The notes under the pieces are model-generated. The model was given only the letters and a program-made list of their open reading frames with translations. It had not been told where the DNA came from and ran no database searches. A stretch of 64,000 bases of DNA from Pelomyxa schiedti (Eukaryota > Protista > Evosea). Positions 15,283 to 29,579 of the stretch are shown here, in pieces (positions within the stretch are counted from its first letter, which is position 1; every line of letters starts with the position of its first letter). The position numbers and the translations under genes are program-made. Location: the NCBI GenBank assembly GCA_020536535.1, contig JAHLWZ010000832.1:1-64000 (forward strand), written 5' to 3'.

Positions 15283-18200
15283 TCACGTCACATCCTTGAG
15301 GGAAGCCCCTCTGGGCTCCACTTGCAGTGAGAGGTTGAACATTTGTTGCTCAGAGACCAGCGGATCATCGGGTACAACACCAGGCACAGGACTTAGGTTG
15401 TATCCTACTTCTTGGTACTGTTGCACAACATCGATTGCTTTGAATATGAGCTTCCTTTTCTGTGAGTTGTAGCTGTAGGTAAAGTTTTCTTGATGAGGGA
15501 AAGTTACCTCAAAATTTATAAGACCGTCGACAGTGTCAGGGTTTCCTTCTTCTGTTCACTTGGTGAGACGCTGTAAACAATGTTGGATGCCATACCAATA
15601 AAAGTCAGATCGATCAAATACGTTCCTATATAGGGAATACAAGGTGGTGTGCAAGAACTTATAGTTGTTCTAAGATTTCTGTAAGAACCAGCTATATTGG
15701 TGAGCTCTTCGAGGTCAAGAAGTGTCTAAGAAACTAAGCAAAAAAAAGAAAACCGAAGACAGGCAAGAAAACCTGTTTGGCGGTTTTTGGTAACTTGCTC
15801 TTAGTCCATTTCAGCCTTTGAACGGGGGCACTGTTCATTGCCGATATGTAGGCCATAAGCAAATGAAAGTTGGATAGCTCCTTCAGTTTTAAGGCAGTCA
15901 TTATATGACGATGGAAGACATTGATGCGGTCACGGATTTTAGGGGTACTGACAATTGAGTGAGTAACCCAGTTCGTAATTTTATTGAAGAGATTGGTGAG
16001 CTCGACTATGTTTGGGGATAAATGGCGAAGCTCCGGCTTGCTCCAGGCAAGACGGAAAAATTCAGTAGGCTGGAGGAAGTTTGACTCTAAAATTTCACGG
16101 AAGTAAGACTTACTTTAATGCCGCTGTAGAAATTAAAGGTAGTTATTGTCAACTGACGAGCTATTTCAACAGGATTAATTTCGGTCCATGTACAAGGTAG
16201 TGACGATGCGTTAATCTAAGCATTTTCCTACTTGGACTACGGAAGATTAAAAAAAAGGCTTACCAAAGGAGCGGGAGGGGGTTCTAAAAAATGGTATTCA
16301 CGGTGTGGTTTCATCCTCTTTTTTTAGTTTTTGGATAAAGCTTTCAAAAAGGATGTTGATCTACCTTACTTAAGATGGAATTTTGTAGTCTCTTAACCAT
16401 GGGTGCCAGTTGCCCTTGTGGGAGCTTATTGACAAAGTCAAAAATTCCATCAAGAGCAGAAGTCGATGTTTCCCATTGCATATCAACCCAATAGTTTAAT
16501 ACTGCACATACACGCCACTGAATTTGTGCTCTTTGTTGCTCGGGAATGTGTGTAGGAACTTCAAACCTGTGCAATATAAGTTGTAGGTTGCAGAAGTCAA
16601 AAGGCACCGTTCTCTCAGCTTCTGCAGGAGAATCTCGGAGGTTGTAAAAGAGAGATAGGTTGTAAGGAACGTCTTTATGAAGTGATTATCTTTTTTTTTT
16701 TGTGGGGGGGGTTTGTGGAGAGCAACTGGAGAGGCAGCATATACCAGCTTGGCCTTCATTTGTAAGGATTCGTACCAGAGTATTCAGAGTAGCTGGACGG
16801 AAAGTTTTGGAGCTATCCAATGAAAACTCTGTCTATTTGAGAAATGGATTTTTTTGAGTTGGTGGTGAATGGGGACCTGGCAATATCTCTAATGTTACAC
16901 TTGGATCCCATATGTTGCCGTCTGCACTTGTTTCAGTTCCAGTAGGCGCATTGGTAATGTTCGAGATTTCTTTGAGGGCAAGCTTGTCACCAAGACGTAC
17001 GCCTTGCTGTTTCAGTGCAGTCCATGGAACAAGGGTTACTTAATTACGTTAGGCAAGAATTTGGAGCTAAAGACTGACCAGTTTTTCCATCATTAGTAAT
17101 CTTCTGAACAATAAAATTTTGAGTTGTAAGGTGGTACTCCTTACAAATTTCTTTCAAAAAATCCGCGCTACTGTGTGTAAGGTGCACATCTTTCATCTTT
17201 TCACCATCAGGAAGCAAGACGGTCATCTTCCTTGTACGTGGTACAAGTAACAGACGTGCCTGGGAAGAATTTTCACTCCTATTACAAGAATTTGAGAACT
17301 ACCTCTCCAGGGAGGCAGTAGAATTTTAAGTTTTTCTGATCTTCGAGAGGAATCTGCTTTCCAGGTACTAATAATAGTAAGGTTCACTCACTCCAAAAAA
17401 AACATACATGAAGCTATCATCGAATACTCCTCTGCAAGTGTGAGTGACCCACACAAATTGTTCATTATGTCCCGAGAGACTGTACGTATAGGGTTGGTAA
17501 GATCGATACATTCAGAGATTGTGTCTTCTCCTATTTGTACTGTGAAGTACCTTGGCCTGCACATAAAGAGAACTTTCGATTGGACTTTCACTTCCTAATA
17601 TTTTTGTTTGACGGAGTCAGAACTGTCTCTAGCCTTACTGATAGAACAAACATTTTCGTTTTTTGCGTATTCTGAGACAGTGCTTGTCTCAGGTATCCAA
17701 ACACCCTTTTTAGTAGTATCTGTTGGTTGTGCAAACAAGCCGTAGTCCTCTGGTGAGGATTCCATTCCAATGAGGGAAATTATTTTTACCAGTGCTTCCT
17801 TTGTAATTTGAGCACTCAAATGACTGCTTATTTACACACATGACATGTTGTTTGTAGCTCACAAAAATATTGACCCTCTGGAAGCTCGGGGACACTTATT
17901 GGAATTTGTCTGGGGGTCTGTACTAAAAGGCAGGATAACTATAAAAAGTTTAACATAGTTTGGAACTGCCAGCTCCTACCTGGCCTGTGCCAAAATCACT
18001 TTGGTATGAAGCCATCAATTTTGTTTCATCAAAAAAAACGCATTCAGAGGCGTTATAGCAGGCAAGTGCGTAGGTTGACGCCTTCAGGGTGGTTTATTGA
18101 GAAACAGTGATTGTTAGAATACCAGTTCAGGAGCCATTCCAACAACAAGCACTATTCTCTGAAGGAGGCTTGCTACAGTGTCATACTCAGAAAAAGGGAG

Positions 18201-20351
18201 TATAATATTTCGGACAGGAACCTCTGGGCAACGCATATCAATGCTGATGTGCATATTAAATGGGCTCAGGAAACAAGAAACTGACTTGAGTGTTGATTGA
18301 GTTTGACTTTTATCCTCTCTCATATCGATCACTTTTTCACTTCTTTGATGCGAATAGAAGCTCGATATTTCTTCATTCATGCAGGACTCGAATTGCTCAA
18401 GTTGTAGTGCAATCTCTATATCTTCTTCCTCTTTGATAGGCGGGGCCACTGAGCTGCTGAGTGTTGCCATCAATGGTCCAAGCAATTTCCACAAGTTATA
18501 GCGTGCAAATAATCTCTCTTTTAAATCTTCTTTGCGAACAATGACACGGTTCAAAGTACTCAAACTCAAGACCTGTATATTTTTTTGAGTCCAACCAGAG
18601 AAAAAGGGAACAACTTTTGCACAAGCTGATGAATCTACAGCATAAAGAAACTTGGTAAGTGGTTGGTAGTCTTTTGTATCCGGAAGCGAGGATAATTCTT
18701 GCTCCAGCCTGCATGAAGGAAGAGAAGGTCGGCAGAACAACAAAGTTTACTTCAAATACCAACTTTTCGGGGAAGAAGCGTGAAAATTCGCACAGTATTT
18801 CTCTGCCAGTGGAGGTTAATAGTCTTCAGTTTCGTGTTTTGGGTGGGAAAGAACGGGAAATACAAAACAATATTGGGGAGGGGTTGGTCATGAGTCTCAA
18901 GAAGTGAAAACAGGCTTTGAAGTATCGTGGACTCACTTGCAATAGCCTTTGTCCCTACCTGCATTAGTTAGAGATAAAAATTCTTTCAAGTAGTATTGGC
19001 AACCCACATTTGTTGTCAGGAGAGAGCTCAGTACCAGAAGGGCTCCTTCCAATAATTGGAACTCACCAATAAAAATATTTGAAGATGTATGAGGAAGGGA
19101 TTTATTTATTTGTGACGACTCCAACTGCAATTGTGTCAATTGAGTATGAGATAAAGTGCGTTGAAGTAAGGAAGTGTGAGTCAAGATGGGACTGCTGGGT
19201 CTTTGCTTCTTATTGGCTTTGGCTATCTTTCTAGATAATGTACTGGTAGATGAAGATTTGGTAAGCGGTGGAGTGGAGCGGGGAGAAAGCGTTGATGTTT
19301 GAAGTAACTCGGGTGATGAGGCCGATTGTGCAGAAAGTTGAGATGCTTGTGCAGAAGTTTGAGATGACTGTTCCGAAACTCGAGGTGATTGTTCAGAAAC
19401 TTGAGATGAGTGTGCAGAAACATGAGGTGATTGTGCAGCCGACTGAGGTGTCTGAGAAGCTTCCAAAGGCGGTTGGTCTGATTGTTGGGGTGATGCCGGC
19501 TTCTCTGGTACAGAGGCGTTGGTAACTGCACTGGATTTTGTTTGAGGCAACTGTGCAGATTGCCTCAGTGAAGTGGGCTTTGGCTTGTCTACTGTTGCTC
19601 GCTGTGGGGTAAAATGCATCTGTGGCGTTGGGGTTTTTGGTGCCAAGGGTGGTGGGGGATACAGGGATACTATTCTTTTCACAGGTTTTGGTGGTGAGGG
19701 TGCAGGGGTGGAAGGTACAACTGTAGCTGATACTGGAAGTGACGCTAGTGAGGGTGGGGTGGGGGGTGGGGATAGTGATGTACTATGGTGTGGTATCTCT
19801 GCTACACATTTACGTCTGGCGGCTCTGGCTTCCTTACTACAGTGGGGTTTACAGTCATTTATAAAATTTCGCAGTGTAACAACTCCACTGGTGTCGTCTG
19901 TTCCTGCAAAAAATACAGAACACCACTTCCAATGAAATAAGATACAAGGGTGTCGGAAAAAGGGGTGGCTTACATTACTCATTCCTTTCGTCTGAGAGAT
20001 GTGGTTTGCAATCGATACCAGTTCCTCGCGGGTAGTAATGTGCGTCCTGAGCCGCCTCAAGAACTCATGTGGGTCAATGCTTAGAGACTCAGATTCAGCT
20101 TTGATCTCCGAGTCATCTGCCAAACTCGGCCTGGGCGGCGGAGCCGTTGGCGCCGGCGGCAAAAGAGACGATGCAACAGAAGATCTCTTCGTAGATCCAG
20201 TTGGCGACGAAGACGAGGAGGAAGTAGCCGACGTCGTAGCTGTCGTAGATTCGGAATGTGCTTCGCTGTCGTCTTTGGTGTGTTTGTGGCGGAAAAAAGA
20301 CGTGCCGCTCGTGCTCTTGGACAAACCGTGCCCCCTGAGCGGCGAAGACAT
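15283..20351 (-). CDS. RasGEF (REM + CDC25 domain) with long Pro/Ser-rich N-terminus and several probable ubiquitin-like/RA segments
   Basis: [77 protein letters not shown]. Confidence 0.9.
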
Positions 20352-20427
20352 TTTTTTTTTCTGATTCTTCAAGTTTTTCCTGAACTACCCTTACAGGAAA
20401 GCGAGATCGAAAAATAAATCCTTCGAA

Positions 20428-22522
20428 ATGGAGGGAAGGTCTCCTCTGCCCACCGACGGCCACTCCTTTCTGTGGAGGATGTGCTGTAGCGCATTACACA
20501 TAGTCCAGTCACAGTCTTCCTTCAGTGTCCTTGATTGCCCGATCAGATACTAGCAAGATTCGAGTACCAAACGCCAACGGCTACGGCGCAGCAGGCACAC
20601 ACCACCAACGGCGACGGCGGCGGCGACCACAGCACGCCGCCGTCGGGCGAGGAAGAGGCGGGCGGCGTCGAGGGCGAGGGACCCGCGGGCACGGGCATGG
20701 ACCCGATGGCGTTGTATCGCAGGGTGGTGTCCCTGCACGACGTGGTGGAGGAGATCGTGGACGGGCTGGCGTGCGACCCCGCACTTGTTGCGGCCGTTTT
20801 CACGAAGGAGCAGTTGCTGTCAATTGCCGCCCAATTCGTGTCCCAGGTTTGGGGTTTTTTTTTTTTTTTTTTTTTTTTTTTTGATTATTCCTTACGCCTC
20901 ATTTTTTTTTTTTTTTTTCTTAATTCAATCAAATAGTTACTGAATGTGAGGACCTGCAATTCTTCACAACTGGCTGTGTCCATAACAGAACACTTTAAAA
21001 TGGCAAATTCAGCAGTGGAAGCTGAAGGTAGGGAACCCCAGAGAATAAGTGGACTCACAAAAGACATACAGCCCCAGGTGCCAAAAGGAGACGAATTCTT
21101 CCTTTTCGATACCGCAAAGCTGACGGTACTTTCGACTGGAAGAGGGCCATGAAGGTAGCACTTAAAGCGGGGAGCATGCCTACTGTAACTAGGCTTCTTC
21201 ACGATCATGTGCCACCCAGGCTTTCTGTAAGAGAAGACTTTGCCACTCTCTTGGTTGACGCTATAGCCATTGTGTGTAAGAGCCACTGGGAAGATTTTGC
21301 CAGTATTTTGCACTGTGTCCTTTCACAGGAGAGAGATGCCAAGCTTATGGGTTATTTTTTGGATTTTTTGTATGAGATTACACGAAACAGCCAAGAGAGG
21401 GATTTCCGTCATTCCATAGGTGACAGTCTCCTGTATGAATTGAAGAAGCAACGCCCTAAAGTTTTCATCAGAGTAGTGGCCCCGCAATACCTTGTGTGTC
21501 ATCCTCCTATGGAATTATTTGCCATTTTGTCAAAAATTCCCGCTATGAAACTGAGCCCTCGCATTCCAATTGACACAAAGGCTGCACTCTGGATTTGTAT
21601 TTATTCTCCTGGCGTGGAAGAAAGGCATCGCCGCGACTTCCTTCCTCTTGTCAAGGCTTTGTGCCCACAAGTAGATATACAAACAGTGGCAAAGGTTTTG
21701 TGCCGATCTACATTAAAATATGGAACATTGTCATCTGTGATGAAGTCTCTGGCAATTGAGCTACTTCACTATGAAGGTGATCTCCGTAATATCTTGTGCA
21801 ACTGTGCAATTCTCCATGAAGTAGTTGACGAACAGACTCTTACGTGGCTGCTTGATCATGGCGCGCCATGTAATTACTCCTCCCTTAAATACCGGACTAC
21901 GGCTATTTTCCATCACCGGAACAACCTGAATATTTGTAGAGCTCTGCTACTTCAGGGTGCCTTTTGTAAGAATGAACCTCAAGGTCCTCCTTCCTCCTTT
22001 GCAATTCCTTTCAACCAACTGCGAAATATGCGCGTATAGATTCTATTCTCTTCTCCCTTGATCCCTGCAATGAAAACTTCTGCGAAATCATGGAGGCCTT
22101 TACCGTCCTTGGGCATCTGGACCCCGGCGTGCACAATAGAAATTCCAAGTCTGTCCCACAAGTTCTTATTGACCGAGCCCATAATCGCTCCCTGGCGCTC
22201 CGTAACGTCTATGTATCCTTTGCGCTCATGTGGCGTGATGATCTGGTGGAATTCATCACCAGATTGTCGCGACGCGCCTGCACGCATTCTATTTCTATTG
22301 AGGCCAAGCATCGAATATCGGTATTTCACTTTCCATCTACTTCAGCAATTGATTCCCCCTGGAAAGAGAATGTGTGTCCAACGTTGTGCTGCTTTGCTAA
22401 GTGGGACGACAGCCCGGGCTGGACGTCACAGCCCCATTCAGACCATCTCCTTAGACGTTGTCAGAACAATTTGCCAATTTGCACTCACAACATCCTGGTT
22501 TTCTCTCATGTACTTCTCTTAA
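20428..22522 (+). CDS. Uncharacterised helical/ankyrin-like protein with C-terminal ALLSGTxxRAGxxSP motif
   Basis: Spliced chain of ORFs 20535, 20946, 21149, 22058; WLLDHGA and ALLLQGA ankyrin-like segments; ends approximate. Confidence 0.55.
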
Positions 22523-22549
22523 TTTTCAGTAAAAAGGAAAATTTTTTGA

Positions 22550-23625
22550 ATGATGAACGAGGTTTTAACGGCTCACACCACACAAACACGAAGAATTAAA
22601 CAAAAAAATAGGAGGTGGTGACCCATAATGACAACGGCGCAGAGGATGCAAAAGCAGTACCAAAACCCTCTCCTCCAGGCACAAAGATTTCGACTTCTTC
22701 ATCGTCTTCCTCACCACAACCACCATCAAAACACTTGGATGTCGATAATCCCGAGCCAAAAGTAGCAGTGCAAGTCGCCGAAAAAGAGGGGGGAGCGACC
22801 ACAAAGAGCACTTATGGGGCCTTCTTTGTAGGGCTGCTACCAAGATGGGGGCAGAAGGATTCACATTCCAACCACTCTATTAGTAGTAGTAGCAGTGAAA
22901 ATGAGAAGACTGCACAGTCTGCACACTTGCAATCAAGTTTCTTTGGCTCCTTGCTGGGGCGAAAGCCAGTGAGGTCACACTCCTCAAGTTCCGGCTCTGA
23001 AGGCCTATTCTCTGGGTGGTTTGACTCCAAGCCTAGCAAATTGGATGGAAAGGAAGAAATGGATACCTCAAGCAGCACACATTCCAAAGCCGGTAGAGTT
23101 GACCATAAAACGAAGCATAGAAACACGCAAGTAAAGTCCAAAGTAGACCTTGGAGATCACAATCCCAAAGCAGACAAAGCGGAATCAAGCACACCGTCGG
23201 CGCCACAAGGAGGAGAGGCCAATTTCTTCAGCAACATTGTAACACCTCTCCCAAAGCTGTTGGAAAGATTCTTTGGACCGAAGGCTTCTGATATGTTTAT
23301 TGCATCATCAGAGAGTTCTTCAATAAGCTCAGAGGACGAGTCGGATCAAAGTTCATCACCATCTTCACCAAGAAAACAGGAAAACAAGCAGGTTTCGCCA
23401 CCCGCTGTGGCGGAGCAAGATGAAGTTGTTGTAAAGATCGGAGGCGGAGGAACACACTTGATTGAGTTGACAGAGGAATCATCCTCGTCTGGTCCACACA
23501 AAGGAGAACAGCGCCTAGGATACAGAATCGTGAAGAAGAGAGCCAAGAAAGTACCCACAGACACAACATCCACCAGTAGCACTGTTTGTATTATCAACAA
23601 AACTGAGATCTCCCAACATAGTTGA
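22550..23625 (+). CDS. Uncharacterised Ser-rich low-complexity protein
   Basis: 336-codon ORF; putative first exon ATG ATG AAC GAG|gtttta..aatag joins it in frame. Confidence 0.5.
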
Positions 23626-23768
23626 GGTGTCATTTCGTGTGACACCCAACATAATAAAAATAAAAAAAAAATTAACTTAAAACCCCGGCTGAGTTGCCAC
23701 ACATAAGTCGATTGGGCAACCGGCTCATCAGTCTGGCATAAAAATATAATAATATAAACAGGCTCACC

Positions 23769-25751
<1,983 letters not shown>

Positions 25752-25918
25752 CCACACCCACAATACATTACCCACAAGGCAATATGGTTGAATAAAGTGA
25801 GGAAAAAAAGAAAGAGGAGTGGTTCTTTCCGTAAATTTTCGGAGGGGGAAGTCCTTCTCTTTGTCTTAGTGTTTCTGTTGGGAAGGAAGGAAGGAAGTCA
25901 TAACTTGGTGGACTTCTC

Positions 25919-27496
25919 CTAGAAACACCCGCTAATATCAATCAACTCTTGTCGTGGTACTAAATTGCCAGCTACAGAGTTTTTCTTAATCATGTATCTT
26001 TTCTTGAATTGCATTGTGTACAAAAGGGTCTAGAACACCGACTTGGGGCCTGTGCTGGGGATGAGGGGCTTGATGTAAGGTTCTTGTATGATCATGACAT
26101 CTTCAAGTTCACCCTCTGAATACGGCTTGGAGAGGTCAACTACCTCGAGGACTTTTGTATCCTCACTACACTTATGGTCAATACACCTGAAACCAATGGG
26201 AAAGGAATGGTACCTCTTTTTGAGATGAACAACATGCTTGCGGACCACGTGAGTGAAAAACTTGAATGAATCAATTTTCTTCCTTCGAAAAAAAAGAGGG
26301 TTCTTACCATGACAAAAAGAATCATCCCGATTATGAAACCAATAATTACAATGATCAGGATTACAATCAACAGGATAATTAGCATGACTTTGCCAGCACC
26401 GTCACCCTGGAAATGAATAAGATATGTAAAGACGGTGTGGTCATACGTTAACATCACAGTCTCCGCCACTGCATCCACCACCAGTGCAAGCAGGGCAATA
26501 GCACATTGGTGCAGGATAAAAAGCATAGGGGTTCCAAAGTACATACCACATCCAAAATCCACCACTAATTCACTGTTATAAAAAGATCTATGGTATATAA
26601 TGACTACTAGAAGGGCCGGTGGTAGTAGGGATATGTATCATAGCTGTACTCTGTTTCATGGTGATGAGTTTCGTGTGAATTGCTACCACAACACCTTTTT
26701 TTTTAATGTAAGTGCGAAAAAAAACCGATTCATGAATCTACGATTTGTAGAGAAAGAAAAATGATCCTCCAATGCCAAGTATGAAGAAGAGTAAAGCAGG
26801 TCCAAACATCCACACTTCCACCCACATTCTCTGTATGCTGGGAAGCCAGTCAGTAGGAAAGATGTACGCCGTGAAATTAGTCTTGAGAGAAGGTCATTGG
26901 AACTCAGGAATATAATCGGAAAAAGTACTGCTGTATCAATTCCCCACATCATGAAGCCAAATGCCATCATAACCTTCATACAGAATCACCAATAGCATCG
27001 ATATTTGTGACACTTACTGCTGCAACGGCGATAACAACTATGCCAATGTCACGGGTTGATAGAAGTATGCACTTTGTTGTTGGCCAACACATGTTTTTAC
27101 TTTTGTGCTTTAATCTGTTGATTTTTCAGGCAAAGGTTGCGTTGGTGGTTAATCTGAGAAGCAATAGCTAAATGCATACTTGTATTTAAATTTACAGACG
27201 TCACAGAAGTGCATACTCAGAGGGTTGCTGCTCACAGTACGCCACATGTCCAAACACTCACGGTGCACCCACTATCAAAAACAAAATTAGAGCATTGTAT
27301 AACATAAAAACAGTGGCTCCAAAGCGTGAAAAAGAAGCCAACAAAAAGGGGAGGAAAAAACCAAAAAAAAAAAGGAGTAAACCTTAATGGAGCCCGAACA
27401 ATGACATGGGGCAATGAGATCTCCGCCTGGCTCGTGGCAATTGCGACACACTGGCTCCTCACTGTCGTTGATGATCGATGTCATAACAGCTTCCAT
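25919..27496 (-). CDS. RINGv/MARCH-type membrane E3 ubiquitin ligase; start uncertain
   Basis: CRNC..LIAPCHCSGSIK|VHRECLDMW..CDVC followed by several hydrophobic TM exons. Confidence 0.8.
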
Positions 27497-27802
27497 TCCG
27501 CCTTACTGTCAATAACTTGTGATTGTTTATAAAATTGGACTTCTTTTAGGCCCTGTCACTTTAACGGCACCCCAGGCCCCCATCACAAACCTAAAAACGA
27601 ACGGACACAGAAGGCGAGAGGAAAGATCCTCTCCCCAGAGGAAGATGTTCCATAAGATCCCACAGTAAATCTAAATCAAGTTGGGAGCAGAAAAGCCTGA
27701 GAAGTAGATCCCCGGCCCATTTCGTTTTGCCGTATGCGATCAAAACAGTAAAAATAGTAAGACAACCAAGCTGCGAAGCACGACACAGTACCGGTATCTC
27801 GT

Positions 27803-29523
27803 ATGACCATCGCAAAAGGTGCAGGTCCCGCCTAATTTCTCCCGCCGTCGCGGGCCGACACGCCCGCCGACGCGCCAATCTGATTTGTTGCATTCATTTC
27901 TAATTGTGCTTAACACCTCACCCTTTTGTTGTTACCAGCAACCGCGCCACCTCCGCAATCGTCGGGCCCGGATTCCTCTTCCTCGTCAGAATCTTCGTCC
28001 TCTTCATCGTCCGAGAGCGAGAGCGAGAGCGAGACCGAGACCGAGACCGCCGATACTCCGAGTGCCCGCCTCGATGCGGCGCACGGAAGCACGCCAGCAG
28101 TAGCAGATTCGATCGTGCCGCGAAACCACGCGGAGCCGTACGCGTGCCCAGGGTGCAAACAATACTCGGCGGCGCAGGGCTGGTCCGAGTTCGCGAGCAG
28201 GGTTTCCGCCGTCGCCAGTCTCAAACACCACCTCAAAGTGTGCCCCGATTGGCGTAAACTGACCGGGCTGCGCAGCGAACCTTCCAAGCCCAAACGGCAG
28301 AGTCTGAGACTGAAGAAGGAACTGTTGGCCACCCAAACAAACCAGACTGGAACCGTTACTACGGAGGGGAGGCCGAAACGGACGAGGATTGCAAGAGCTG
28401 CTGCCTCGCCAAAGTATGGCGATGATACAGTTACTCTGGACGATACGGTGATACTGGAGGATCCTAATCCTAGTGAGTTTGTGGAAAACAAGTTCAAACT
28501 GGCGGAAGATATTGTCCCCAAAGGCCCTGCTACCCCCTATTCGTGCCCGCTATGCACTAACTATGTGAGGAGTTCTGGTTGGTCATGCTATAAAAAAAGG
28601 AACAGCGCTGTTGGCAGCCTCAAGCAACACATGGCTAGGTGCTATGCAAAGATGTACAAGGAGCCGGGGCAACCACCATCAAAAAATGTAAATGTAAACA
28701 GTGGAAGGGAACGACCGCAACCAGAACTTACACCATCCAAAACTGTGACATGGGCCAAAGCCAGTCTTCTTGTCCCTCTTGAATCGCACATTCCGTTTCA
28801 GTGCCCCGACTGTGAAAGCTACAAATCAACAGGATGGGCTGAATATGTATACAGGCGTTGGGCTGTGAGCTATCTGCAACAGCACTTAAATAGAGAGTGC
28901 CCCAAGACCCACAATGAAACTACCTTAAAATCAGACAAAAGTACACCTACCAAACAGGTAACTACAAAGCCCGAAACTTCAACAAAACCGGTCCAGCCAA
29001 CACAGCCTTCTCCAGAAAAACCAGGCTCTCAGAGAACAGAACCTGAAGCTCCGAAACAAGTAACTTCCCCAAAGCAGCCGGAAACTCCAACAGAACCGAA
29101 TACTTCCAAATCCCCTGCACAGCCCAAAGCCATAGAACTAGCAAAACCAACAGAAGCCACAACAAAACCGGCTGCACCAGGAACTGCCCCAGCACAACCA
29201 GATAGTTCAAAAACACCTTCAAATCCACCATCCTGTGCCACTCCAACTGACCAGTGCGTATCCGAGGAGAATCCCAGTTCACTTCCCACTGTGTGTTTTT
29301 CTCATGGATCACTTGTTCTGGCTTTCGATTTACCCTTTTGATAAGGTTCGACCCCACGGCAATGTGTCTGCAGAAGTCTCACGTCCGGCTCACAAGCGTC
29401 AAAGGGCACTTTGAACAGGAAAAATTGGGATTTGTAGATACAGACAAAGAACACAATAGAAATTTTTTTGTTTTATTGCCTTTTTACCCAAAGGTTCCTT
29501 CCTCACTTTGGAAAAGTTTTTAG
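27803..29523 (+). CDS. Protein with three C2HC-type zinc-finger-like repeats in Ser/Pro/Thr-rich linkers
   Basis: ATG ACC ATC GCA AAA G|gtgcag..ccag joins ORF 27926-29341, which has three CPxC..GW..AV..LxxH..C repeats. Confidence 0.7.
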
Positions 29524-29579
29524 CCTTTACATTTGTTGTGTGCTGTTTGTTGTGGTGGCTGTGGCTCTGATTCGTGGGA

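Noticed and set aside
21072-21077. 6-nt microexon CCCCAG
   Set aside because: Frame is preserved with or without it; cannot be supported without transcripts
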